Made by a program: the position numbers and the translations under genes | Assembly: GCA_030141605.1 (NCBI GenBank) | Contig: JAQGDQ010000095.1 | Location: 372,001-436,000, forward strand | Length of the DNA: 64,000 nucleotides | Reading direction: 5' to 3' | Origin: Tubiluchus corallicola | Taxonomy: Eukaryota; Animalia; Priapulida | Shown: positions 12,001 to 36,984 of the stretch, one piece after another | Numbering within the stretch: the first letter of the stretch is position 1 | How the letters are laid out: each line of letters begins with the position of its first letter | The notes under the pieces: model-generated | The model's database searches: none | The model's input: the letters and a program-made list of their open reading frames with translations, nothing else | Told to the model about the DNA's origin: nothing

Positions 12001-15000
12001 GCAATTCTTATACTTAAATCAGCAAGCATCAGTCAAATCACAGGGGTCCATCTCCCAAAGCCAATCAGGTCGACAATAAACATATTTCTATTTCCGCTAA
12101 GTCGCCAAGGTAATTCATTTTTATCCCGAGCAGAAATTTTTATAAATTTTTTGTATGTTCATATACTTACCTGGCAGAGTCATAAGAGAGCATATTTTTT
12201 AATTTAAAACATAAAACGCGGTAATTATTATAATGTTGTTTTCACGAGAGTGCAGCCTTGTTTTTCGAGAGCTAACTCTCAGCCAGGGTTGCTGTTTTGT
12301 GTGATGCTGATTATTGTATTGGAGGCTAAAAATATCGTATGTTCTGCCAAATTATTGTATTAACGGCCAAGTGGTGTTACCGTTTATACCATAATTATCA
12401 GAATATACGTTCATACCGTACAAAAAAGAAACTATACGATAATCATTAATTATATGATAATTTAGTAGTTTTAAACAAAAACTAAAACAAAGCGTGAAAA
12501 AATGTGCATTGAAAGAATTTAAAATGTTTTTGCTAACTAGTGGGAAATAAACAAACTTTGATTTCAACTGAATTTAAATATTACACGACTTAGCTTTAAA
12601 CACTCACAAATCTTTAAAGAAATTATTTTTTGAAAAAATTTCCTCCCTCCCTACTAACATTTTTAGAGCTCTTGAAGTAAGACAGAAACAAATTTTTTTT
12701 GTGGCCAGCCTCCTTGCCCCTTTTGTCTTCTCAGCTGACGGGTTGTCGGAATATCACAAAGGCTACTCACAAGCAGAAGTGCAGAAAGTTTGAAAATTTT
12801 TGAAATGTACTGTGTGAGAGTTACAGTGAAGTGTGTAGTTGTATTATTATTTTTACTTTTTCCAGTTTACAAGATTTGAGCAAATAGAATTTGTTTAACA
12901 GTAAAGAGGCACATTATAGTTGTGAAACATTATGCTTGGCTAATAGTAATGCAGATGTATAATGCCTACAAAGATTAAAGAGTTGGATTTATAAGTTTCT
13001 CCTAACCAAAATAACCTAAACAAACCTGCCACTGGACCAAAACTCTTCCAGCTTGCGAAATAACATGAGCTCAACCCTTTCCAGCTAATAAAACATATCT
13101 GTCCTAAGGTACTTTTTTGCATTTTTTCATTTAAGTCTTTGTGCTGTTACAAGAGATTGCGAAATGCTACTCAACAGCATAAAATTGTGTTAATGATATT
13201 ACGGTTAAGGTTGGATGTGCAGTATTTGGCAGACCTCATATTATTGGCAGAATTATTATTATTTACAAAGTTTATATGGGATAACAGAATTTTTCATTCT
13301 CACCCATCATTTTGGTTAGCAGCTGGTTTGGGGGGAGGGAGTAGTGTAACAAAGTTTAATCTTTCACACAAAATCTTGATATAATGCACAGCGCTTGAGC
13401 AAAATAATTGTCTTTTTTGTGTCAGTCTGCTGACAGGTTCTTGTAGTCTGATTAGTACACTGAACAGTTATACGTTTTCTAGAATAATTGACAAATTGCC
13501 ATCAAATGTACGCACATTCTTCATGTTTTTTCGGTTTGTTTGTAGATTTTATATTGCAGCTACTGTCAATTAGAAGAGTTTGTAAGACTGAGCTGCATAG
13601 GCGGGGCTTAGCTTGCACTGTCAATCTGTTTATTGACAAGCTTTAATAAGGGTTTTATCATGCTTGGGTATAGCAATACAGTAAGTGCTAAAATAAGGTA
13701 ATTAATAAAAACAGTGATTTCTACCAGCCGTAATAAAAGCTGATGTACAATAACTAATGATCTCACTATGCATTAACTCATCGAATATGCAGTTTATTAC
13801 ATTAATGCATTGCATGTGTTACAAATAAAGGTACTCAGTGTTATAATTATAAAATACAGAAACTTGAAAAAGCGGCGTAATTGTCTCATTGCGATCATCA
13901 TGCATGGAGACTGCTCCATGTATTTTCTAGTCTGACACTCACAATAATTTTCCTTAAAAATCTAATGAGTCATTACTAGCTTACCCGGCTTTTATTGATC
14001 ACTTGCTTTCAGTGGTAGGACCCAAACGAGCACTCATATTATTATGTGCTGATCTTTAAAAAATCATAGAAATTCTCAAACTGTACTGATGACGACCCAA
14101 AAATCAATATGCTTTCAGTTTCACCGATACCCTGTTTCTATGCGCAGTACTGACAAGAAAAAGTGGGGACTGACGGTGAAACAGAACCGGCAGTTCTGTA
14201 GGTGGTCACTTCGTTTGTGGGAACTATAAGAAAAAATCATCGAAAATGTTAATTTCAGTTGAGACCCTCTTTTAAGTATGACTTATGGCAGTATGAAACA
14301 TGGATAATCAAAACACCAAAATTTTTTGTATCCCTTCTGGCTTTGACTGTGTATAGATGGGTCTATATCTCAAAACAAATAATATTTTTAACTTTTCTTT
14401 CAGGCCCTCTCAGCTCAAGTGATAAAAATTCTGTTAATGGTATACGTTTTCATTTAATGGACATCTACTTAGAAGTGCTTTCTTCTACTGGAGCAGCAGA
14501 GTTGACTCCGAAACAGAACCTTAATTTTCTACAGCCATTTTGCAAATTGCTGACTTGTAGTAAGAGTAATTACGTTCTGGAAAGGGCCCAGACACGAGTG
14601 TTTTATGCCATCATTTATGATTCGGAACTCGGCCGAAGCATGTTTCCAAGCGATGACAATATGGAAGAAGATGAGGAAAAAGAGGAACTTTTGAAATTCA
14701 ATTATAATTCTATCGCCAGTACCCTTTTTGCAGAAGCAAGTCAGAAACATTGTCGGATACGAAATCGTAATTTCGTTTATACTTTAGTGAAGAAGTTTAA
14801 AGATTTAGTAAATGGTCATTTTCCATTACAGCCAGATTTATCAAGTGGCAGTGACAATGATTTAACAGAGACAGACATGGAAGCTGCCGTTATGCGAATG
14901 CAAGAAGAAGAATGCGAAGAGCGCGAACGTAAACTGTGGGTAAAGAAGCACAAGTGTGCTTTTCCAAATAGTCAAGCTGATGATGATGAAAACAGTGACA

Positions 15001-16265
15001 AAGCTGCAAAGAAACAAACGGAAACTACAGATGAACACAATACTTTGCAATCTGATATACCTTCTGGTAAGTCACAAAAACAAAAGACCAGGCGCCTAAA
15101 AAAGAAACGCAAATGTTGTGAAGTAGAAGAGACTTTAAAGAGGCCTGATGAGAAAATGAATTTTGTATCTCTGTGCAAGAATGCTACTTCAGACAGTCAG
15201 GGTGACAATGCAAACGACAGAACTGCAGAGTGTCATATAGAAACTGCAAACAAGTGCAGCAATTTACAATTTGATACAGTTGGTACTCGGTCAAGAGGAA
15301 AACAGGACGAGCTTTTAAAAAAGAAGAAACGCAAACGAAATTGTGAAGTGAGAACTGTGGAAAGATCGGACAAACAAATAGATGTTGCACTTTTAGATAA
15401 ACCTGCTTTTGCAGATAATCAAGTTGATAATGAACATAGTAATGAAGATGCAAAAAAGCATTTATTAATTGCAAATGTACACAATAGTTTGCAATCTGAG
15501 AAAGCAGATTGTAAATTAGAAAGAAAACAGGACATGCATTTAAAAAAGAAGTGCAAAAGAAATTATGAAGTGAAATGGACTACAGAAAAGTTTAAAGAAC
15601 AAACATGTGTTACACAAGCTTTTGTGACTGCTGACTCAGCAGTAAATGGGGTAAACGGAATATCTTTTCACATGGAAAATAGCAAGCAAACTAATAACAT
15701 TCTGCCTTCTGTAACTGAGCCTCATGGTCAAAAAACATCAAAAGCTGCCTCCTCTCTCAAACAGAAAAAAGTAAAATGCAAGAACAAAGACTCGCAAAAA
15801 GAAGTTCCCCAATGGAGCAATCGCATTTGCGAATCACTGAAAGGAGAAACGAAAGCTCAAGTCAAGACAAGTATCAGTACAAAATCAGCTGTTAATTCAG
15901 GCGTACCTTTGGAAGTAAAAGTAAGTCCATTTATTCCAGACAAAGAGACTACAGAAAATACATCTGTAGTCACAACAGGTGAAGAGACATTTGCATCATT
16001 TGCGGTGAATATGACTCCACCTGCTGCATTTGTTCGCAGGGCATACTCAAAGACAATGTCAATGTCTGAACCACAAAAGAAAATTAAACATGCATCTGGT
16101 GTTTCAACCTTTACACCCATTGAACATAAGAAAGTCAAGTTTGTTTTGTCAAATAACACAAGACATGGTCATCAAGATTATAAATCAGCTGTAAAAGCAA
16201 GTCCACAAATACCATATGATGGTAAAAGAAAGCCCTCTCAGGGTCTATTGAAGTCAATCAGTTGA
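9046..16265 (+). CDS. RRP1: Ribosomal RNA processing protein 1 homolog (Nop52 domain, RRP1B-like), 4 coding exons, about 768 aa
   Basis: Exons are 9046-9169, 10675-10858, 11708-11844 and 14404-16265. All introns are GT-AG with compatible phases (2307 nt total). Nop52 motifs: [76 protein letters not shown]. The C-terminus KKVKFVLSNN...PYDGKRKPSQGLLKS resembles RRP1B. Confidence 0.93.
9723..9989. mobile_element. piggyBac-like non-autonomous element in RRP1 intron 1
   Basis: TIRs CCACTTCACT and AGTGAAGTGG, each flanked by TTAA (9719-9722 and 9990-9993). Confidence 0.75.
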
Positions 16266-17775
16266 CCTTGAACAACGCTGCAGTCAAATGCCATTAGCAT
16301 AAAACCGATATTTTAAAGTGTGGTTGAATGGTGTAGTTCTAGTTTCTGTTGCATTTTGCTACTGATTTTGGTCCATTTGTCATATTGAAGTGCTATTAAT
16401 CTCTCATTCAGGCATTTCACCGAATTTGATTTTTTCATCTTGTAAACAAGAGAGGATGTCTGAAAAAAGAGGATCATTGTATATTCAGTCATAATTTGTG
16501 CCCTGTTCTAACACTTACTATATTTTAAGACTGGTGTCTACACAGTGGTGGGTGGGGGGGCAGTGGTTAATATTAACCACTAGTCATTGACTGTTGACTT
16601 ATGTGGCTGTTTCAGAAAACAGTGCAAATAGGTCGTGGGACTGTAGGTCCACACGTAAAACCAGAGTTCTTACAGATGGAAATCAGGAAAATGAGATCCT
16701 TTGAATGTAGCATCAAAGGGAGAAATAGTTATGCATTAATATGTTATTTAAACTGGGCCTTTTTATTTGTCGAATAATTTAATCACACTTTGGTGTAACT
16801 TATTTCAAATGGAATATATACAAAGTGGACTGTGTGCACCATGTTAGTGCTAATTTATATGTTATGATGGGTATTGAATTTCACATCTTGAAATAATATC
16901 CCTTAAACAACTGCTTCTGGTGTGTAACTCTGTTAATAACTGCAGTTTATGTACACTACTGTCTTGTCAAGTAAACTGTTTTATTAAAGAGCCAGCAAAA
17001 ATCTTTCAATTATATAAAAGATGATTTCAGTGAAGACTGTGTTCAGACCTTTCGATACTAGTATCATGTAATCAACTTTTTATTTGTACTCATTACTTTA
17101 TACTGATTGCACTTAATTCTTGTTCTTCGAAGCCACTGATGTAGACTCTTTCCACGTTGTATTTTGGTGTTATTACATTACAGTTAAGCAAAAATTATAT
17201 GTTAATCCATGCCTACTGGGCAAAAGGTGCTATAATTATTTCTTCTTTGATACATGCTGAACTGCTACTACTGCACTATATATGTGTAATCAAACATGTA
17301 TAATTTTATAATTATTATATTTAAGTTGATTGAAGTTGGTTCCATTCGGTGACACATTGTACCCACTGCTGTCTCCGCTTTCTTGTTCACCAAGATTAGA
17401 CTTAGGGAAGAGGTTTATGTTTAGCAGCCATGTGTCACTGGTCACTGGGCAGTGTATGGTCTGTTGTTACTAAAGGATTCAAAATAGAATCTTTTCGGAT
17501 AGATTAAAGATACTTGATTATTGGTTTATTTGATTCAATAAATACTTTGTGGATACACTAACTTTTCAAGATCGTAATTTTATGACAAGTCTAAAATGTT
17601 TAAATTAAGGAACATGAGTAGAACTGGAGTTTTTGAAATAAGAAATAAAGAGTTTTATTTTTAGTTTACTTTCATCATTCTGATTTTTGGTGCAAGCTAT
17701 ACAGCAAGCGCATGGAAAGATAAAAGTTAAGAATTTATGTGCATCACGAGTGTTTATTAGTCTATACAAAACTTG

Positions 17776-18105
17776 TGTAAATAAATAAGACTGCAATATG
17801 CAATTGTAATAACACATGTAAGTACAAAAAACACCAAATTGGCAATATAGCACTTGCTATCAATAAACAGGATCCTTGGTTACTTCTGTAAATAAATAAG
17901 ACTGCAACATGCAATTGTAATAACACATGTAAGTACAAAAAAAAAACAAATTGACAATATAGCACTTGCTATCAATAAACAGGATCTTTGGTTACTTCTG
18001 TAAATAAATAAGACTGCAATATGCAATTGTAATAACATATGTAAGTACAAAAAAACCAAATCGGCAATATAACACTTGCTATCAATAAACGAGATCTTTG
18101 GTTAA
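17776..18105. repeat. Tandem repeat, 3 units of about 112 bp
   Basis: The unit tgtaaataaataagactgcaa...cacttgctatcaataaacaggatc..ggtta starts at about 17776, 17887 and 17999. Confidence 0.92.
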
Positions 18106-19599
18106 CTGGTGACTTACATAGTGGTCATGATATAAGAAAAATTAATGTAAATAATCATTAATATTACTTTACAAAGTTTATCATGTAAATAAATATTTAA
18201 GACATAAATGAACTGAGGTGAATTTGCAAAGTAACAAAAAATCATAAAAGAGTGAACCCAATAATTTAAAGCGAATTTTCAACCTTCAATAAACATTTTC
18301 TTCAATTGAAATTGGTTTTAGGTTTTAATGAATAGTACTAGTCAGGAATAATAAAACAAAATACCTTCAGACAACAATGCACTAAACAAAAGATGGTAAC
18401 AAATACTTCCCAGTTATAAAATTAAAAGGTTTCTCTACAATTTGCATTTTATATATCATCACACTAATGTACAATTGGAATCCAAATCAAAGGAGTTACA
18501 ATTACACTGGCCATCTCAATTTGATAAATTATGTTTATATCAAACAGTGGTACTATGAAAACCATGATTGTAGTTAAAAATAGCACAGGGAAACTCATAG
18601 TTGTTTGTCCTGGTGGCGATAATAAACAAGAATTAATTGACCAAGCCCTTATTTTTTTCCAAAAAGCTATGATACTCCTAACGTGTCCATGAAGTGCTCT
18701 TACGAATATTTTTTGTTCGCGGTGTTTGGTCAAGTCTTGCAAACATTTTTTAGCAGATTTCGCTTACTCCCTGTCCGGGAATCTACTTCAAAATGTATCT
18801 TTATTGTCGGAAATCTTTTAACTAGTTTTTGTGTAATTGGCTTATTGCTGTATTATATTCAAACAATAACCAAACAACAAACAAATAGCACTGAAGTATG
18901 ACTTCCTTGGCTAGGTAAAAATAATTAAAACAATTATCTTCCACAGTAACCTTACACTCATATTTTATATGCATGCCATTTTTTCTTAAGCCATTCTTTC
19001 CGTGCCACTATTACCCATACCATTTTTATTGCGCACCGAAAACCATAATCCTCGTCCACATCCCAGGGTTTTAAGATAGCATTTCTCGTTTCTATCAGCG
19101 TACTATTTCGTAATTTGATTGATTGATTGCCAAATGGCTGTTGGTAATTTTGTAGTTCTATTGGCCAATGACCATTTTGAATTTGCCTGACTGTCTGAAT
19201 AATAAAAATGACTAACTGTAACAACATTTCTTTGAATAATTACATTATAAATAAGTACACTTCAAAAAATAAGCAAGATACCACTCTACCTGGTGTCGAT
19301 TCTCTAAATGCATGCACAGTCGACCGCATAAAAAGTGATTTTTGCAATCCTAGGTTTTTTGGGTCATAATCCCTTTTAAATAGTTCCCAAATATACCTAA
19401 AACCAAGTAAGAACCAATCTGAAAGAATGTATGGTCTTCAAACTTCCGAAGTCATATTACTTAAATTATAGGACAATCTGAATCTTAATGATCTGCTTAG
19501 TCACCGTTGTCCCTTTTTCAACTGTCACATTAAATGTCAGCAAAATTGTAAAGTTGTTAACTACTTTTTTAATTTAATTTTATGGTAACATAATTCTGG

Positions 19600-20420
19600 T
19601 TAGACTGCTGTACGTATTGGCCTTGGAAACACAATCACAAGTGTAAACACTGAAAGCAGCAAGAAGACAAGAAATGAAAAGGATTTGCCATCCTTATATT
19701 CACATTCTGATGGTGACACAGCACTACATTTAACAGCAAACAAGATATGGAAAGCAAATGCGTATTTTATGCCACAACTTAAGGAGTAACCATAACGTAG
19801 ATGACACTACAGTACTAACACCAATGCCAAGCTACAGCAATTAACTACTTGTTAGTTATATAGCAAGAAGTCATTGAGATTTCTTGCAAAACTTCAACAA
19901 GACACATTTTTAATGATACAGTCCAAAATCAGAAACTTTTCCGAATTACGATGGCAGTGACACGAGCGTATTGCCATTATGACGAATGTCCTGAAAGGAA
20001 CTTGCAAAGAGCAAACTATCAAGCACTCGTATGGATTGGGGCATATCAACCTAACTCCTATGTGTCTTTACAAAACGTTCATGCTTGGTAGTGACACCAC
20101 ATGGTAACCAATGACCTCATCCTCTGACGTGGTGAAATGAGTGAATCATATCATAAACCACAAAATAATATTTTAGAAGACCACAGAAGGGCAACAATAA
20201 AGTGGAAGAAATGTACAGCTGGTCAATTTTTACTGAATGACAAAGTGATAAGTAGCAGCAGTCATGGATTATACTGCCCTCAATTACTAGTAATATGGAA
20301 ACATCAAAATACCTACAGTTATACATAGCAGACATTGTATTTTAGGAATATTGGTGCAAGTGGATTTTTCTTATGAGGCAAACTGTACATATACGACTAC
20401 AATGCGGCTAACCAAGGCAG
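19600..20420 (+). mobile_element. Highly decayed DNA-transposon coding remnant, possibly AcademX-like (XPG-type C-terminal region)
   Basis: Broken frames give NFSELRWQ (about 19930), LP...QRANYQALVW (about 20005-20035) and HAW. This order resembles the ELRW...LPPT...RANYQA.IW...YGW series that I associate with Academ-type proteins. The family assignment is inference. Confidence 0.35.
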
Positions 20421-21789
20421 AGAACTATCTTGGCTATTTACATACTATCAGTTCCATACACTATTTAAAACGGATTAGTAATAAAGAATTTCAATTATAA
20501 AGATGAATACATAAATTCAAAATAGTTGCACAAACATATTCTTAAAAGATAGATATAGACATAAATATCCAAAATACGCAACCACAAAAAACCCAAGGGA
20601 AAACAGGGGTTTCTCACCCAGGCCATCAGCCACAATGGAAAATCAAAAGGGGATTAAAAGTTATTCACTATTATGTGTGTATTGTATGCACACAAAAAAA
20701 CAATTTAGTCTTCAATTTCATCAATTTTAGCCTACAAAAGCAGTTAACACTTGATGATGAACTGGAATGTGTTACAAAAGTTTTAATATTACGTGTGCCC
20801 AAACAATACGAAGTAATACAAATTCAAAGAAATAAGCTCTGCAGTAAGTTATAAGTACACTTGTTTGTCTAAAGGCTGGATATGAGATAAATAGCAATAA
20901 GATTATACATCATAATTGCATTGGATATGTGCATTGTGATAAAGAAAATTTTAAATTGATTTAGCAATGTGAATAAAAGTAAAACAATAAAGTATAGACA
21001 CATGAGTTCACTATCACAACATACAATATTGTAATGGATACAACTTGTATGATGTCATAATGCCTGTGTATAAGTTCCCAAATATAAAAATATTGCAGTG
21101 CACAAAGGTGTTTTCATATCTGTCATATCCCAATTTCTACTATGGAATAATTAACTGACTCTATTTAGATAAAGAACAAAACTGGTTTTAACTGCATGTT
21201 TGTCACTTTTAGTGCCAAATTGTCATCAAAGACAAACACTTAACTCAAATAGAGGATAAGAGCTGTGTAATACAAGTTTACTGATGATATAAAGTTTCTC
21301 CGACTGTTTTTATTTATTTCATAGTTGGACTACTTAGACTAACTTCACTGGCAGTGCTAACTGCTTTTCTTGCATCCAATGTTCAGTCAATTACTTTTAA
21401 AATGTAGTGTCAAGTACTCTTCTGAATAATGATGGCACTACAGCAACAATTACATTTTTAAAAAAGTAGTCGTTGCAACTACAATTACAGTATGAAATTA
21501 ATGCCAGTACAATAGCCACTACATTTTGTGACGACTGAGCATTACTGATATAGTATACTACATAATGTAGGTGGCATGTTAAAAGAGCCTGTTAATAGTA
21601 ATAATTAAATTGTTAAATGGCAGCTAATTAAAGAAATCCAAGTATAAGCATAAATTGCATCAAGTTGTACCAAGGTTCTAACTAGGCAATTTATTTGATT
21701 TTAATCAGACACTTACAGGTCATTTGTACAAATCAGTTATGGCAGTCTAAAGTTCATTCCTTACCATTGCCATAATCATAGGGGGGGAC

Positions 21790-21850
21790 ATTGTTACTTA
21801 GTGGTTATGACATGAGCTGAAGGTTCCTGGTTCAAATCTAGGCTGTGTCC
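21790..21850 (+). mobile_element. tRNA-derived SINE head remnant
   Basis: A-box-like TTAGTGGTTA and B-box-like GGTTCAAATC; no intact cloverleaf. Confidence 0.4.
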
Positions 21851-22582
21851 CAAATTTTCATATTTCCAGTTTTGAGTTTGGTATCAAAATTTAATTACTT
21901 GTGAGTTTGTATCGTCACTAATATAAATAACTGAACAACTGTTAACTTTTGGGTGGAATGTGATGCTTTCCAAGAGAAGCCCCACGATAACAATGATCAC
22001 GATGCCAGTGATGCATTGAAGTCTTGTCTTGCTTCCCAGAGCTCAAGATCTTTACAACTACAAACACACAGTAACACTTGGCTGGCTGAATCAGCAGTAG
22101 ATGTATGCAGCTGTTATGAAATCACAACAAGCTGCGAAGACATGAACTGTCAACTGCAACAACCAACCACAGTGCCGTAATTTCATTATAGCACTACTTA
22201 AAAAAGTTGTGAAATCACAATTTACTGTTCTACTAAGTTTGGTAATAGCATTATGTAGCGGCACTACTATCCAACACTGCTTGTGTCACACAAAAAGTTT
22301 TCCAGTGCAAAAAGATGCGTACTCTGTTGCAAAAAAGAAAAAAACTCATTTTTCAGTGAGAATATCTTCACCAATATGCAGTCTCACATCTATATTGTAT
22401 TGTTTTGACTAATGTATTCACTAATGATATTCATGATGTTAGAGAACAAGTCAACTATGTGCTAAACAATTTCTGTGCTTTCCAAGTTACAATCAAATCT
22501 ACTTCATTAGTCATTACTGGCCTTTCATTGGCACATAATCACCTTTAGCTTTACTTAGGTCAAATGTCCATGAACAGATGCA

Positions 22583-34671
<12,089 letters not shown>

Positions 34672-34772
34672 TTACGACCTTGGATCCATATTTCCCAAAG
34701 AATGTGCTACCTAAAATACAATGTTATGTTAGACTGGGATTCTAATGTTGCAGATTTGTTGTTAAACTAGTA

Positions 34773-35381
34773 CAGTGGTTCCTAATCTGGGGTATGAAAC
34801 AGCTAAGCCACGGGTACGCGAAAGTTGTGCTGTGTAACGTGTGACGTCAGAATGTTCTTTTTGCCATACAGTGTACGGAGTATGGATTTTGTGGGAGTAA
34901 AGGCCTTGTAGTGTGAGGAAAGAGTGTACTGTATGATTTAAATCCTGAAATATTATGATTGTGTTTATTTTAAAAGGTCATTGTTTTTGCAACACAATAA
35001 CATTTTTCGGGTAATCCTCTGTGCACTGCTTGGTGTTATATCAGGGTTAATTTATTATGTAAAATGGATGTTTAGCACAACAAATGCGTTGGCGGATGGT
35101 GGTAGGCGAGGCTAGCAATTTTCGGGAAAGCCCACGTCAATGAGGCGATCATGGACGCTACTCCAATTGCAAGTTTGTCTTCTGATTTGACATCCTATCA
35201 TCTTTTTTCTTGCATTTTGCGCTGAAATTTGTTGTTTTGTTTGTATAATTAAATCACATTTCTTCACACTTCTGATTCAAGTTGCTAAGTCAAACTCATG
35301 TTGCTAAAAAATGTTACGGGTACGCGGCAGGTCACTGAATTTTGAAAGAATACTTGGCTAGTAAAAGGTTAGGAACCACTG
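34773..35381. mobile_element. hAT (Charlie-like) non-autonomous element
   Basis: TIRs CAGTGGTTCCTAATCT and AGGTTAGGAACCACTG; 8-bp TSD AACTAGTA / GACTAGTA (7 of 8 match). Confidence 0.85.
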
Positions 35382-35599
35382 GACTAGTACAAAGGTATAA
35401 ACACCAATAAATTTTCTTTATAACTAACCACTGATCCACTCCAGAATGGGATGCAAACACATGTATTTTAAAGTTGCTGACAAGAGAGACTCTCTGACGC
35501 TGTTTCCAATCTAAACAAACTTTTTTACCATACTGCAAAAATTGTTGAGAAAAAACGCCACACAAATATAAGATTGCAAATTTGTCCCTTTCCAGACTT

Positions 35600-36900
35600 G
35601 CTCTGGGTTCATCTATTCCAGTCCTAGCTCATTAGGTGTAGACAACAACAATTTGAATGAGCTGCTCTGTGAGATTGGTGAAGCTAAATTTAGTCATATT
35701 TTGCTAATTGCAGATTTCAACTACCTGGATGTAGACTGGAGTATGTATGGTACATTAACAAATTCTGCAAATGATGAATTTAACTTTTACGAAGCAGCAA
35801 GGGACAACTTCTTAGCACATTTACTAACCAACAAGAGGCAAAGGAAATGTAAATGTATCAGTACAATATGTGTGTTTGCAAACAAAAACTGTCCATAAGT
35901 CGACGTAGTTAAAACTAAGTTATGATGCTTCAAAGAAGAATGCACCAAAAATTTGGTCAAATGTGAATTTTTTGTTTTTTATGAAAACAAATCGTAAATA
36001 TATTGGACTTTTTTATATTATAGCATCAAATTATCAACAAAATGTCAAAAAAATATTAAAAATTTAATTTTATAACCACGTGCCCACTTTTCTAAATAGA
36101 AACTAGTACTGCAATTGTAAAAAACTTGTGTTTTCAAACCCCGATAGTAGCTCGTGGCACAGCTTGGTATCAAAATGACCCTTATGAATTGGAGATTCAG
36201 GATATGTGAATAGCTAGAGAATGTTAATTGCCGACTTATCGACGATTTTGCTGTGCAAGCACATTATCAGAAAGATATAATGCTTATGGAAGGTGTACAA
36301 ATGCGTGCTATAAGAATAATATTAGGTTGTAAAGATCTGACATATTTGACAAAATACTGCAGTTAGACCACGTTTGAATTAAGAAGACACAGTGGAGATC
36401 TTTTTGAAGTTTATAAAATATTAACTAGAAGAGAAAACATTTTGCCTGAAAAATTCTTTAATTTATTTGTTGATTCCAAAACTAGAGGACACAGTTTAAA
36501 ACTGTTTAAAGAGCGGTCATGTCTTAACGTAATTATTTATTTTCTGTGAGTTGTGAATGAATGGAATAATCTGCCTGCCATGGTTATTGCCGCACCAACC
36601 ACAGTAAAGTTTAAATCCTTAATCGACAATTATTTTGCGGAAAAATATGGGGTTTCTATGAGTGTATTCGCTTAACCCCTAATCATGACTGCATAACACA
36701 TATTTAGTGTTCACAAATGAGGAAGATGGTTTCGAGAGTAGAAATCCTAGTGCCATTTGGAAGGAGTGACCACTCAATTCTGAAAATCAGTTTTTAATGT
36801 GATATGATAGCCACAGACTCGCCAAGAATGATTTATAATTATGGTAAGGGAGACTAACATAAAACGAAAAAACTGTACATTGATTGGACTGCACTGTAAA
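35600..36900 (+). mobile_element. Fragmented CR1-like LINE pieces
   Basis: Endonuclease motif LLIADFNYLDVDW (35700), 3' CR1 signature KTRGHSLKLFK...VVNEWNNLP (36480-36580), and PFGRSDH (36753). The pieces are scrambled or interrupted. Confidence 0.75.
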
Positions 36901-36984
36901 ACTTTTAAAAGCAAATGATACTGATGCAAAAACTTCTGATGTAGCAACTGTAAAAACTTGAATGCTTGTAGTAAATCTAGCAAT

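Noticed and set aside
14259-14403. N-terminal 48 residues of the 668-aa ORF
   Set aside because: This is intron read-through; the real exon begins after TTTTCTTTCAG at 14404.
17776-18105. CRISPR-like appearance of regular repeats
   Set aside because: The units are contiguous with no unique spacers, the context is eukaryotic, and there are no cas genes.
21790-21850. Functional tRNA gene
   Set aside because: Only A/B-box remnants are present, with no acceptor or anticodon stems; treated as a SINE relic.
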